DNA of 63,543 nt, counting the filler, from Olpidium bornovanus S191 (Eukaryota; Fungi; Olpidiomycota): the NCBI GenBank assembly GCA_017911155.1. It is 30 parts of 30 records of this genome, joined end to end, with 100 filler letters (N's around TTAATTAATTAA, not from the genome) between each part and the next. Parts side by side here need not be neighbours in the genome. Positions count along the whole stretch, not along the records: positions 9,314 to 12,118 come from JAEFCI010011779.1; positions 12,219 to 13,310 come from JAEFCI010012428.1; positions 13,411 to 15,454 come from JAEFCI010002577.1; positions 15,555 to 17,839 come from JAEFCI010001629.1; positions 17,940 to 21,580 come from JAEFCI010009108.1; positions 21,681 to 23,209 come from JAEFCI010002766.1; 24 more parts are not named here. One strand, 5' to 3'. Both the position numbers and the translations under genes were made by a program. Shown here piece after piece: positions 9,432-22,089 of this stretch. The notes under the pieces were generated by a model that worked only from the letters and a program-made list of their open reading frames with translations, was not told the DNA's origin and did not search any database. Each line of letters starts with the position of its first letter. The stretch's first letter is position 1.

Positions 9432-11735
9432 ATGGACCGCAGTGGGTTCAGCCGAAAATTGGCCAAATTACATGTCGAGTTAGTCAACTACATATACGCC
9501 GACCAAGGCCAAGAGACTCATATCGACGTCGCCTTAGATTTTCAGCAGTTTGCTGCCGCGCTTTTGGTGGATAGCGAGGAGTCGGCCGTGCTGCGGACGG
9601 CTGAGTATCCAGACATCCCGCCGGAGACCCGCGTGTCGATTCTGTCCAAGCTCGTGTCCATGGTTATCGGATCAAACAGGTTTGCGAGCCACCTCAGGCA
9701 GCTCGAATTCCGGCAGGTTGAGTTGCGCAAGGAGAGTCTCCAGAGGAGCGAGCTTCGCCAAACTGCGGAGCCGGCGATCGCTGCGATGCAGGCGCGTTGC
9801 GCGTCGCTGGAAAGCCGGATCGCCGAAATTGAAGCGAGCGTCGAGCAATCGACGGTGGAGCACACCGACGTGGAAAACCAAGCCCGGCCCTCGGACGCCG
9901 CCGAAGCTCCTGCGACCCGGACGACCGAGCTGCCGGATGCGGAAAAACGCCGCCTTTTAGCTAAACAGAAGGATGAGGTTAGCAGGAAGCTCGTGCGAGA
10001 GTCCCGCGCTCTCGCTGCCAAACAGCGGGTTATCAAGGAGATGAATGCAAAGGACGATCGGTACGACGCGGACAAGGAGATGCTGGCGTCCCAACTGCGA
10101 GGCGGAAACATCGCCCTTTCGGCAGTCGCGCGCTCCGGTGTAATAAAGCTCGGTTATGACCGCTGGGGAAGGACGTACTGGCATTGGAGGTCGATCGGCG
10201 GCGTCCTCGTCGAGGAAGCGCCGGAGCTTCCCGAGCGGAATTGCCCAGCACGAGGTGCGGATGAAGTTGCGAAAGCGTACCTGCCAGCCTCCATCACGCT
10301 GGATGTCCCGCCCTCGGGTGATCAGGACGACGAGAATCCCTGCGATGGCGCGCCGACCACAATCGCTCCGGGATCATCGCCCTCGCAGACGGAGTCGCCG
10401 CATTCCGAGGTCGGTCTTCTTCCGCAGCGCCCTCGCGCGAGAAGGTTTGCCCCAAAGTGGTGGTATATAAGCGACGTGGAGCTGTTCCGAGAAGTCTTCC
10501 GCAGCCTCAACGAGCGAGGCGAACGCGAGAAGGAGCTGAAAACGCGGCTGGCGGCCGTCCGGCGGGACATCGAAGACTCGTATCCGGCCTTCGAAAAGTG
10601 GCTGCGCCGACGCCGCGTTCTGCCACAGACCTCGCCGGAAACCCCTTATCCGCGATCCCAAGAGGCGGCCGCTTCGCCAGAGCGCATCACCAACGAAGGA
10701 AGCGGAGAAGCGGCCGCCGCTCCCGCGAACGCGGATGGCAAGGCGGACGAAGCGCCTGCCGAAACAGACCCGGATAGGATGAGCATGGAGGAGTACCTTT
10801 CCCACCAGGCGAGGCGAATCCTCTCAATGGCCGTTACACTGCGCGACATCGTCGAGGAGTACAACGAGGTCGGCCTTGAGGGCCTGGAGGAAGCGGTGCG
10901 CCCGCCGCCGCCGTTTGACCCGTCGCTCCCGGTCCCGCCCGAGGCCCTCGACTCGAACCTGCCGCGCCGCGTTGCCGAGCACGTCCTGGGCCTCGTGGCC
11001 GGCGTTGCGGCGCTGCACGCAGGAGGGGGCGAGGCCCGCGGCGGTGCGGAATGCAAGCTTTCCAGGAAAGGAAAGAAGCCGCCGCCCGCCGCCGTCGTGG
11101 CGGGTTGGACCGCGCGACACGGATATTTCGGGACGCGCGGGGAGCCGGCCAGGGGCGCCGGGGGGTCGCCCAGCGGCGGACCGACCTCCGTCTCCGCCGC
11201 CGGCGCCGCTCCGGCGCTTGGCGTCACGGCCGTCTGGCTGGGCAGCCTGCTGCGGGAGCTGGAGTCGGTCCTCGGGAAACACGCTCTCCGCCGCGCGCTG
11301 CGCCGCCGGCGGACGCGCGCGCCCTGCGGGGCCAGTGGCGCGCGTCCGGCGGATGGCAGCGAAGAGGCCGGGGCCGACGACGCGGGGAAAGGCGGAGAGG
11401 GCGAAAAGGAGAGCGGGGAGGTCGAAGGCGCGAGAAGCGCCGGGCACGGCGCCGGCGGCGACAGGGCGGTCGGTCCGCCCCGCGCCGGCCGAGAAGACGC
11501 GGCGGCCGCCGACCGGGCAGGCGTGCCTGAAGACGACGGCGGGCGGACCGCCCCTTCTTCCTCCCGTGGCGAGGGCAGCGGCGGCAACGGCGGCGAGTTT
11601 CCTTCGAGCCGCGACGGCAGTGCGGCCGCGCAAGGGCTGCGCAGGAGCCAGAGGGTATCACGCGCTCCTTCCCGCTTTCTCGAAGCGCTCGTCAAACCGG
11701 CATCCGCGAGCGGCGGAGAGGCGGGGGAGGGGTGA
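9432..11735 (+). CDS. ISWI-associated chromatin-remodelling subunit with WHIM1 and WSD (WHIM2/3) motifs (Itc1/ACF1/BAZ-like), probably 5' partial
   Basis: 767-aa ORF. WHIM1-like EYPDIPPETRVSILSKL, WHIM2 LGYDRWGRTYW, WHIM3 WWYISDVELFREVFRSLNERGEREKELK, and a low-complexity C-terminus. Confidence 0.8.
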   Translation: MDRSGFSRKLAKLHVELVNYIYADQGQETHIDVALDFQQFAAALLVDSEESAVLRTAEYPDIPPETRVSILSKLVSMVIGSNRFASHLRQLEFRQVELRKESLQRSELRQTAEPAIAAMQARCASLESRIAEIEASVEQSTVEHTDVENQARPSDAAEAPATRTTELPDAEKRRLLAKQKDEVSRKLVRESRALAAKQRVIKEMNAKDDRYDADKEMLASQLRGGNIALSAVARSGVIKLGYDRWGRTYWHWRSIGGVLVEEAPELPERNCPARGADEVAKAYLPASITLDVPPSGDQDDENPCDGAPTTIAPGSSPSQTESPHSEVGLLPQRPRARRFAPKWWYISDVELFREVFRSLNERGEREKELKTRLAAVRRDIEDSYPAFEKWLRRRRVLPQTSPETPYPRSQEAAASPERITNEGSGEAAAAPANADGKADEAPAETDPDRMSMEEYLSHQARRILSMAVTLRDIVEEYNEVGLEGLEEAVRPPPPFDPSLPVPPEALDSNLPRRVAEHVLGLVAGVAALHAGGGEARGGAECKLSRKGKKPPPAAVVAGWTARHGYFGTRGEPARGAGGSPSGGPTSVSAAGAAPALGVTAVWLGSLLRELESVLGKHALRRALRRRRTRAPCGASGARPADGSEEAGADDAGKGGEGEKESGEVEGARSAGHGAGGDRAVGPPRAGREDAAAADRAGVPEDDGGRTAPSSSRGEGSGGNGGEFPSSRDGSAAAQGLRRSQRVSRAPSRFLEALVKPASASGGEAGEG

Positions 11736-12022
11736 AGGTGAGAAGGGGAGGGGGTGAGAGGCGCGAGGGCCCTCTTTCCCGCCCGCTGGAAGCCAAAGAG
11801 ACGAGTGAGGGAGCGGCGAGGGAGGTTAAGGAGACGAGATAAACGGCCGGCCAAGTCGCTGATGTGGGCAAACAGAGCAGACAGCGGCGACATGGGGGGC
11901 GGGGGGGGGGGGGGGGGGGGGGGTCATCCTTCTCGCGATTTTGCTCCGCCAGTAAAACTGCCTGCTCTTTCTGCCAAAAAAAATTGCTCGAAGTGAGGTG
12001 CGAGACGGATTCGCGCGGCGCC

Positions 12023-12065
<43 letters not shown>

Positions 12066-12233
12066 TTGGCGCCCCCCCGGCGCGGGGGGGGCCGTGGCCC
12101 CCCTCCCCCTCCCCCCCCNNNNNNNNNNNNNNNNNNNNNNNNNNNNNNNNNNNNNNNNNNNNTTAATTAATTAANNNNNNNNNNNNNNNNNNNNNNNNNN
12201 NNNNNNNNNNNNNNNNNNAAAAAAAAAAAAAAG

Positions 12234-13212
12234 TCTCACGTCCGAACCCCGGTCCTCCAGGAAACGGGCTGCCGACCGCAACCGGAGCACTACGTGCTGA
12301 CAATCAAAGATCCCGCGCACATATTCCACAGCCACTACACGTTCCGCTGTTCGCCGTTCCACATCCGGGCCGGCCGCGACGCGGGGACGGAAGGAGAGAG
12401 CCCGGCTCGCGGAGCGCGCTCGCCGGAGTCCCACCGCAAGTTCGTGATCAAGTTGCTGCGGGCCGCCCGACGATCCGGCGGCGGCGGCGCGGACGCCGGC
12501 CTTGCCGACCTGATCGTCAAGTTCGAGATCGACGATCCCGTCGGCGACGGCGGCGACGGCGAGGAGGAAGAGTACGAGAAGGCCGGCGGCCGCGGACAGG
12601 GCCGGCTGACGTTCGTCGAACGGAGGGCCGGCCGCAAAGTCTTCGAAGTGTTGGCCGTGGATTTTGCGAGTTCGGCGTGGGAGGGGGTGAAGAAGGACAT
12701 TTGCGCGGACCTGGCGTGGCTGACGGTAAAGGGCGGAGTGGGGGGGGGGGGGGGAAGGGGGGGGTTTTACTTGCCTGTTTTTTTTTTTCGCCCCGCGGCG
12801 GCGGCGGCGGGCGGCAGGGAAAGCGGCGGGGGGGAAGGGGGAAAAAGGGGGCGAGGGTTCTTCCGTGAATTCTAACAAATTTTTTTTCCGGATCCGCACC
12901 GAAAACTTGCAAAACGGAAACCAAAAAAAAAAAAAAAAAAAAAAAAAGGAAGACCACCGGACGGCCAGCCGCTCGTTTGCGAGGTTGCAGGCCAGCCTCT
13001 CGGAGCACGCTCCGCACCTGCTCCTCCCGCGCTTCGACCTCTACGGTCTGGAAAACAAGTCCTGGGTGTCCGGCCTATTTGACAAAGCCGGCGTGCCGTG
13101 GTCGGTGAAGGAAATGCGGAAGAGCAGGAGAAAGCGGGCGTGGAGTCCTCGAAAGGGGCCGGCCGACGACGGGGACGACGATGATGGCACGGGCCGGCGC
13201 GACAGTAAGTAG
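12234..13212 (+). CDS. Probable SAS-6 head-domain family protein (SAS6L-like), 5' truncated
   Basis: Exons 12234-12725 and 12949-13212 are both phase 0 and join in frame. HYVLTIKDPAHIFHSHYTF..FVIKLL..GRLTFVER..KVFEVLAVDF..S..VKKDI..|..ARLQASLSEHAPHLL recalls the SAS-6_N/SAS6L pattern (from memory; weak identity). Confidence 0.4.
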
Positions 13213-13216
13213 ATCC

Positions 13217-13261
<45 letters not shown>

Positions 13262-13430
13262 TTTGCTTCCTTTTCGGGTTTGTTGGACCCCACCCCTTCC
13301 TTCCCCCCCANNNNNNNNNNNNNNNNNNNNNNNNNNNNNNNNNNNNNNNNNNNNTTAATTAATTAANNNNNNNNNNNNNNNNNNNNNNNNNNNNNNNNNN
13401 NNNNNNNNNNCCCCCCCCCCCCCCCCCTTC

Positions 13431-13500
<70 letters not shown>

Positions 13501-13736
13501 GCTCCGAGGTAGCCGGCCAAACGCGCGCCGGCCGCAGCGCGTCCCGGTTAAGCGCAGAATGAAGCAGCAGGTTTTTCTGGTGGCCGGCCCGTTCCGGCGT
13601 GTCGCACAGCCGCGCCGGCATCGGCCTCTACACGGAGCCCGCGCGAACAAGGCGCTCGCGTGTTTTGCCCCAGATAGAAAGATGTTTTTACGTTTCGGTT
13701 TACTTCGCGTGAGGGAGGAGGGGGCGGCGAGAGGGG

Positions 13737-13738
<2 letters not shown>

Positions 13739-13766
<28 letters not shown>
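13739..13766. repeat. (GT)n microsatellite
   Basis: GT run; a similar run lies at about 36590-36622. Confidence 0.9.
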
Positions 13767-13769
<3 letters not shown>

Positions 13770-14484
13770 AGAACGAGAGACTTTCCGCAGGGAGCCGTGT
13801 TTTTCGCCGTTCGGGTTCTGGCCCATTATTTGTTGTAGTACGAGGGATTCCTGGCGGATTTTTCCGCGGGTATAATAATATCACATATAAATATTACATG
13901 TGCAATACGGCGGATGCGAGGCCTGGTCGCGTCATGGAGGACAACCAGAGGCAGCAAAACAAAATGTCCTCCATGTTTATCTCGCCGCGTCTGTATCGAG
14001 GGCGTCTTTTGGTCTACGAGAAATTTCCATGCCTTACACTTTCCAGGGGGGGGGGGGGGGGGGGGTGTGACTCACGGGGTTCGCCTCGAGCAAAACCGTG
14101 CTTCGTGAGAGCAGTCGCGTGGCGTAAGTGAGCTTGTTCCGTGGGTTGTGGACCCGCTTCCGCCCCTTGGCAGCCCTGATGCCAAGTTACAGAGGACGAC
14201 TCGCTTTTAATCTGACATTTTTGAACTTGCCGGCGAATCCCTTTTTCGCGCCGTGTGATCGGCTCCTCTTCCGGCCCGGCTGTGAAAATGTACGTTGGCG
14301 TATATGGCATCTTTTTCTGCCGACACGTTCGTTGTAAATAGTTGCGTCGGCCTGGTCCTTTCGCGCTCCGCGAAAATTCCAAGGAAACACATGAAATTCA
14401 CAGTTCGGAGTGCTAGTTGAAACGAGGCTTGAGACGCATCAGCTCCACATGTAATCTGCGTTTCCATCCCCCCCCGCCCCACCC

Positions 14485-14716
14485 AACTCTGCTTCGGCCC
14501 GTAAAGTGCTCGACGGAATTTGCACACACGGGTGGTGTCTGCCTCGAACCATTTCGGTTGTTCCATCAACGCTCTTCCTGGAGCTTTCCATTTAAATATG
14601 CGAAGACGACATCATGCTGTCTGACTTTGCAAAATCTTCTCGCCGCCGTGGTGTTAATTGTGCGCGAGCGCTGTTGCAAACACCAGTGGTGACAATGTCT
14701 CGTTGTAGTTAACTCC
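14485..14716 (-). mobile_element. Decayed Ty1/copia reverse transcriptase fragment
   Basis: GVNYNETLSPLV (cf. GxDYxETFSPV), QHDVVFAYLNGKLQEE (cf. QMDVxxAFLNG) and MEQPKWFE..VCKFRRALYGPKQS (cf. VCxLxKSLYGLKQ), with frameshifts and stops. Confidence 0.8.
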
Positions 14717-16216
14717 TTATAATATCATCCAATGCTCCCTGAGCGCGCAGACGGAGTCAGCGGCCGTCCTTGACAGCCTGGAGGTCAAGGACGCCAAGCT
14801 GCTCTTTCCTGCTCGTTGTAACTCGGGCAACTCCCATGTCGGGGGATGCTGCACGGTTTCTCTTCTTTGGTAGACAAGGTTTGGTCACAGTCTGGGCTCA
14901 AGATGTGAGAGGCGTGTTGTAAACGGTGCTTTTTTAAAACACCGTTAACTCGTTGTAGAACGAAACTCCGTAGAGTGCCGTACTTTCCCTATTCGGTTTA
15001 GGCTTCTTATAATACGAAATTCATAGCTGATTTTTAAGAGTTTCAGGGAAGGGGGGGGGGACCGGCTGGAAATCGTTCGCGGCTGGCTAAAGGTGACCGC
15101 CAGTTCAAGAACAATCAAAAAGACAAGAGAGAGCTGTCACTCGACCGCAACCATTGAATCACGTGGAATTACCGCCTGCATTTCGTGGCGTTGCCAACGA
15201 ACGAACGCGTGGACGGTGGGATTTCGAGATGCTCTGTGCTTCCAGAAACAGCGACAACCAGAACTGGCGCCGAAAAAGTTTTGCGGCGTTAGAATCCGGA
15301 TCGGGCCATCTGGTTACATACGGCGATGACGTTACATGGTTTGACAAAGCATCTGTGCAGGTATTAATAGTTTCAAATTCCAAGGTCCGGCTGGCAAAAG
15401 TGGCAAGATTCAGATTGCGGATTCCGTGATAGACCGCAATGGTCCTATTAATAGNNNNNNNNNNNNNNNNNNNNNNNNNNNNNNNNNNNNNNNNNNNNTT
15501 AATTAATTAANNNNNNNNNNNNNNNNNNNNNNNNNNNNNNNNNNNNNNNNNNNNATTCCTCCGCCGCCCGACGTCAAACAGTGCGGACGAAGGCAATGAG
15601 TACGATTATGAGGATGTCAGGAGGAGTAGTGTTGGAAGTTTCAGCGGAATCGGAGATGCGGATTTCTACGGCATGTTCATGAACTCGAATCGCCCGGAAG
15701 CGTAAAGAAAAAAAAAGGCGGGAAAATGCGGCGCGGTTTTCGTTTTTTCCGTCACGAACGACCAGCTTCCTGAAGACAAGGGCATTGGCGCAGGATAATG
15801 TGCTTTGGTTTTCCCAAACTTCGCGGAAACACAATTACCTTGTTCCAAGCCCATGCCAGATTCTATTCTATCAGGAGCTCGAAGTTCGCGATCGAAAGCT
15901 TTGCATGTCCTTTGCGGTGACGAGCGGGCAATAATGTGCAACAAATGTCTTCCGGCCCGGACTTTGTGTTGCCCTCCTGACAGAACTACCCTCAGCCGTG
16001 CAAGCTATTAATGCGCCCGCGCCCAAACTCGGCAGCGCTCCTTCCTCCATACGTAATCTACAAAATGGCCCAGTTAACATTTTTATCAACAAGCATATAG
16101 CAAATAGGTACAGGGTACCGCGTCGGAAGTGTGGTAAAAAGTATGAAGATCTCAAAAAACGGCGTCCTCGATAGGTGCCGAAACCCGGAGCAATTGCAAA
16201 CTTGACGAGCGGATTT

Positions 16217-17302
<1,086 letters not shown>

Positions 17303-17947
17303 GGTGTGTGAGACGCGGTCTCCAGCGTTTCTCCTTTTTTTTTTCTTTTTCGTCTTCTGGGCTAAAATGGGGGGAGGCGGGGAACGTGGGAAGCCACCCG
17401 GTTGCGCAGCCGCAGCAGCCGCAGCGGCTCAGCCCGCAGCCGCACGAAGACGACGGCGACGAGGAGGACCGCGACGAGGCGCCTCCCGTCAACACTCCCG
17501 CCGTCATCACCTGACGAACCCCAGATGCAGCGCCTGCCGCGTACTGCGCTAGGCACGCCGACCCCCGAGCCTTTTTTTTTTTTTTCGTCGCTTGCGCGGG
17601 AGCCGGAAACGACGGGCCGCAGGGATTTTGCGTCCGGGGATCACAGGAGAACCAAGCAGACGTGCCTGGGAAGGGGCAAAATTAGATGGCCCCCCACCCT
17701 CGCCCGCGCGCAATTAGCACATGGAGACGTCAGGCCTGTTCAGAAGCCGCGTAGAGCTGGCAAGTTCTGCTGATCGCCCAGACGTGGCGAGCACTTCCGG
17801 TGGAGCGTGTCTCATTTCCCCTCACCCTCCCTCGTTTACNNNNNNNNNNNNNNNNNNNNNNNNNNNNNNNNNNNNNNNNNNNNTTAATTAATTAANNNNN
17901 NNNNNNNNNNNNNNNNNNNNNNNNNNNNNNNNNNNNNNNCTGTTGGG

Positions 17948-18004
<57 letters not shown>

Positions 18005-18159
18005 AGCTCGGAAAGTTTGGAAAAGAAGGGGGAGACCAATAAAGACCAGAATAAAATTCCCCGAGAGCCCCCTTGGAAACAGGCCAATGAAAAGCAGAAT
18101 AAGAAGTTGGCTTCCTTCCCTTTTTAAGCTTAACCTAAACCTAATACTCGATGAGTATT

Positions 18160-18811
18160 TGGCGTCACCTAGCTTTTTTCTACGGTTTATACCAGGGTAA
18201 CCCTGGCATTTCACGAGTCTACCTCTGGAATCTAGATCTGAGTCTGGAATTCTGGAGTGAATCTAGGTTTGTTCTTGTTCTCTACGTCTAAAAGTACGGA
18301 GAGCATAGGCCCTTTATATAGGCGCAGCCTACTTCCGGCGCTAGCGCGGTTATGCGGTGTGTGCTCTAGATAGTGCGGTGCATACCAGTGCGCAATACTG
18401 TACCTGTGCGCAATACCGTACCTGTTCGCAATATCCAGTATTTCGGCTCCAATACTGGCGTCAGGCTCAGAAATATTCTGCAATACCTGATATTGTAGCT
18501 CTGGTACTGGCTTCGAGCTCGGAAATATTCCGCAATATTCCAGAAGCCACAGCGTGGTGGTAATTCACCGATATTACGGCTCTGTCGCCACTACACTGGC
18601 GTGCACTATACACATCGTTCTTGGTCTTGACCTATATCTGGAGTTCGGAGGTCACGTGATGTTGCGACTAGACACACTGGTGTGTCTAGTGGTCCCGGCG
18701 ATTCCTGGGTCACGTGATCGGCGCTATAGCTGCCTCTTCCCCCGGGAGGAGAGAGGGGTTTGACGCAGCCTGAGAGGGGTTTGACGCCACCCGTAGCGGG
18801 CGCCCGTGACA
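18160..18811 (-). mobile_element. Probable adjacent or nested LTR relics
   Basis: On the minus strand, TGTCACGGG starts at 18811 and TGTAGTGG starts at 18595. TATATAAAGG lies at 18320-18311. Internal short repeats: GTGCGCAATAC-type 18-mer x3 (about 18388-18440) and GAGAGGGGTTTGACGC x2 (18751, 18772). No ORF and no target-site duplication found; the left boundary is approximate. Confidence 0.5.
18667..18690. repeat. Perfect 11-bp inverted repeat with 2-nt spacer, flanked by two GTCACGTGAT E-boxes
   Basis: ACTAGACACAC-TG-GTGTGTCTAGT, with E-boxes at 18651 and 18709. Confidence 0.85.
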
Positions 18812-20068
18812 TGCACACCATTCACTGGTGAACGGTACCCTGATGTTTGGGTATGTGCCCATCATGTCACCTGTGGGCCAGCTCTGCTTTTGATTATTTC
18901 TTTTTTTTTGTCTGACGCGCTCTGGTTCCTAACAATACGTTGTGTAGAGCTAAGAACTCTCCTTATGTGCTGTTCCTCTTCAACACTACGATGCACGCTA
19001 TGGCCACGTGATCAACAAAGTTGCACCTTTGCTGTGCAGGGCCCTGCGGACGCAGCTTTGCTCGCCGGCAGAAGACAAAAGCTAACCGATAACAAAAGAA
19101 AGGAAGAAAAAAAAAGAAACGAAATAAGAAAGACGAAAACACCTGCATCCTTCACATGGAGGCGTGGTTGGTAAACCCGGTAACGAGGAGTGCCGAGTTT
19201 ATCCCTCACCCGCGCGGTCAGCGACTGCAAACTTCGCCGTTGGCTGTTGAACACGGAGCATCGGTGCCGTTGACCGTGGCACGCCCAGCTGTTTTTGGCT
19301 CTTTTCGCCCGGTGCGCGGAGGACACCTGCGCGGGGGCGAAAGGGTGGGGAGGGATCTGCAGTTTCTCGGCGCGGAAGTCAAAAACGCATTATCGCACCG
19401 GGGCCCCGACACCCGTGCACCCCCCCGGCGTTCCCGCCCAGCTTAAAAAGCCGCGGCGTTAAGGGCGTCCGGGCAACACAGGCGGTCCCCTCCTCCCTCT
19501 CCCCTTCGCCCCCAACTTCCCCTTTCCCTCCCCTTCCCGTCCTCACAGCAACAGCAGCAGCTGGTTGAGGGCGGGAAATGGGTGCCCGGCTATTTCCTGA
19601 AATTTCCAGCATCCCCTGGGAGCGCGGGCACAAAGGATTCGGTAAAAGGAAGCCCGGTTGTCCAGGAGACCAAAAGCGAAGCGCCGCGGCAACCAACCGC
19701 TTTAATAGGCCGGAGCTGTGGGCATGTCCCTCTCTCCGTCCTCTCCCCGACCTTCCACTACGGCAAAAAGGGCCAGACTGCCCCGCCCTGCCGCCCACGT
19801 CGACATCCAGTATCAAGGACGAACCCACGTGATGCCAAAGTGGCTGCCCACTTGCAAAACCTGCTGCGTGAGCCGAATTCGGAAAACATCGGGCACAGTA
19901 GGGCCCGGGCGAATGCCGCCGTTCAATGAGCGGTATACATACTGACGCGAACCCGCTTGCTGGGGACGTTGTACTCTTTGTGTGCTGAAGCGTGTGTCGG
20001 CAGTTGCCTCACTTCCCCCCCCCCCCCCCCCCCGCCCCCAACACAGCGCGCGCGCGCGCACACACACA

Positions 20069-20126
20069 AATGAGCCAGCCCTTCTCGAGGCAAGGCGAAT
20101 GAGCCAGCCCTTCTCGAGGCAAGGCG
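20069..20126. repeat. Perfect 29-bp tandem duplication
   Basis: AATGAGCCAGCCCTTCTCGAGGCAAGGCG x2. Confidence 0.9.
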
Positions 20127-20602
20127 GAAGGCAGGGGCGGGGCGGTCATCTGAACAAATGGCGGAATGCCCCGCGGAGCGATAAAAATAGCAGCGCGATT
20201 TCCCGAAGGTGACCTCGCGGTCCCGTGTGCGGCCGTTACGGGTGCGGTGTGGATCAGTGGAGAAGGGGAGCCGCGTCCGGATTCGCGTCCGACCTTCGCC
20301 GCGGTTGGCCGGCGCTCCCCAAATTAAACCTACCACGGGCACGCTCTGTCCGCACAAAATATCCACTCCCGTTTGCCCTCACTCACCCCTGCATCCCCCG
20401 TCCGCCACGGCTCTTTAAGCATCCCTTTCCGCTCCCATCACCCTGAGCTTCAGTTACGCAACGTCGAACCAACCACTTTCCTTCGCGAGCAGACGGACGG
20501 CGCGTTTCCCGCCGTCCTGCCCAACATCCCCGTCCGTCGCTCTGATCGCTCCAGCCGGGAGGATTCGTCGCAGGGGGGCGGGGAGTTTTGTCACGCGCCG
20601 TC

Positions 20603-21216
20603 ATGGCCGGCGAGATGGTGTGGAGCCTTTGGGCCAACTACGTGTCGCTCGCTGCCGGGTTTGTGCTTTTTGCGCTGGGCATGGAGTCCGCGGCGTTTCC
20701 GCTTGGCACGTTCGAGTCGATCAGGCCCACGCTGGACGTCCTTTTCAAGCCGGCGCCGATCATCCAGATCACCTTGGTGTGAGTTCCGCAACCTCCCCTC
20801 CTTTCGCCCGCCGCAACGACGCGGGCCGAAACGTTGGAGAGGTTGAGGGGGTGCGGAAAGGGAAGGGGGGCACGAGTCGGATTATCTTTTTTTTTTTTTG
20901 TCTCGTGAACTTACAGAATTTTTTGTCCGCCCCCTCCTCCTCACACCCTCCGCCGCGCAATAAAAAAAAACGTAGAGTCGCGAGCATTTTCATTATGGCC
21001 ATCGAGTGGCCGCTCGCCGGCGTTCGCGGGACCCTTGGACCCATCGCCACGGATTACCGCGTCCGCGTCGTCGTGTACACCATTGTTGGCACCGCCGCTG
21101 TTTTCGTTAACCAGACCGTGAACCCGGGGATTTACCTGCTGATCGCGGCCGGGGCGTACGTAAAAGCGGTGATGAACGGCGAGAGAGACATGAAATTGCC
21201 GCGCTCGGAAAAGTAG
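20603..21216 (+). CDS. noxD: NADPH oxidase subunit p22phox/NoxD (Pro41) homologue, 138 aa, 2 exons
   Basis: Exons 20603-20778 and 20976-21216 (GTGAGT..CGTAG). MAGEMVWSLWANYVSLAAG resembles animal p22phox MGQIEWAMWAN..ALASG. KPAPIIQI..IEWPL and QTVNPGIYLL resemble fungal NoxD. AYVKAVMNGE resembles YLLAAVRGE. Confidence 0.8.
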
Positions 21217-21680
21217 CGGAAGGGCGAGCCAAAGCGGGAGGAGCCCGGGGTCGGTCGGTCTGGAGGGAGGCGGGGAGCCCTGGGGGACTTATGTGCGCGC
21301 AGAGCGGGAGGACGCGTGTCAGTGGAGACCGAAGAGCCCATCCGTGGGGGAAAACCGCGTTCAAGGGTGCGGGGCCGAACCGAGCCCTCCCGGAACTCCA
21401 CCGAGTCGCCCGCCCGCTAGGACATCGGCGAAAACCCATTTTTCTTTTCTCATTTTCTTCCGCTCCTCGGGCTGCCAAAACCGTTCTCCCTCCCCCCTTC
21501 CCCCCCCCCCCCCCCCCCCCCCCCCCCCGCCTGGGCCCCGCCCCCGGTCCCCGCCGGCGGGTTTTTCCCCCCCCCCCGCCNNNNNNNNNNNNNNNNNNNN
21601 NNNNNNNNNNNNNNNNNNNNNNNNTTAATTAATTAANNNNNNNNNNNNNNNNNNNNNNNNNNNNNNNNNNNNNNNNNNNN

Positions 21681-21731
<51 letters not shown>

Positions 21732-22089
21732 CGCGCGATTGATTGGGAAACGGGGAAGAAGCGGGAAACGTCCCGGAAGGCGGTGTGCGCTCCCCGGCGT
21801 TTCGGTGGGCAGAATTGAAATGGTAAAAAAGAATTTTATTCCCCCCCCCCCCCCGGGGTTCAAGCGAAGGCAAACTCTCGCGGGGATTTCCGCCCCGCGG
21901 CACGGAGCGGGGGAAACCCAAAAATGCGCACGCATTTCGCACCCGAGGGGAAAACGCAACCGGGCCGCGGAAACTTCCGCCGGGTTCACAGGCGAAAACC
22001 GAGCCGAACGAACACACCCAGCGACTCGAAACCCCCTCCTTCCCCCTCCCCCCCCCCCCCCCCCCACGGCTTCGTAGCGCAACCCGCGA

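Noticed and set aside
18160-18600. Target-site duplication for the inner LTR
   Set aside because: The CTGGC flank at 18596 has no matching copy next to a TG on the other side, so nesting remains unproven.
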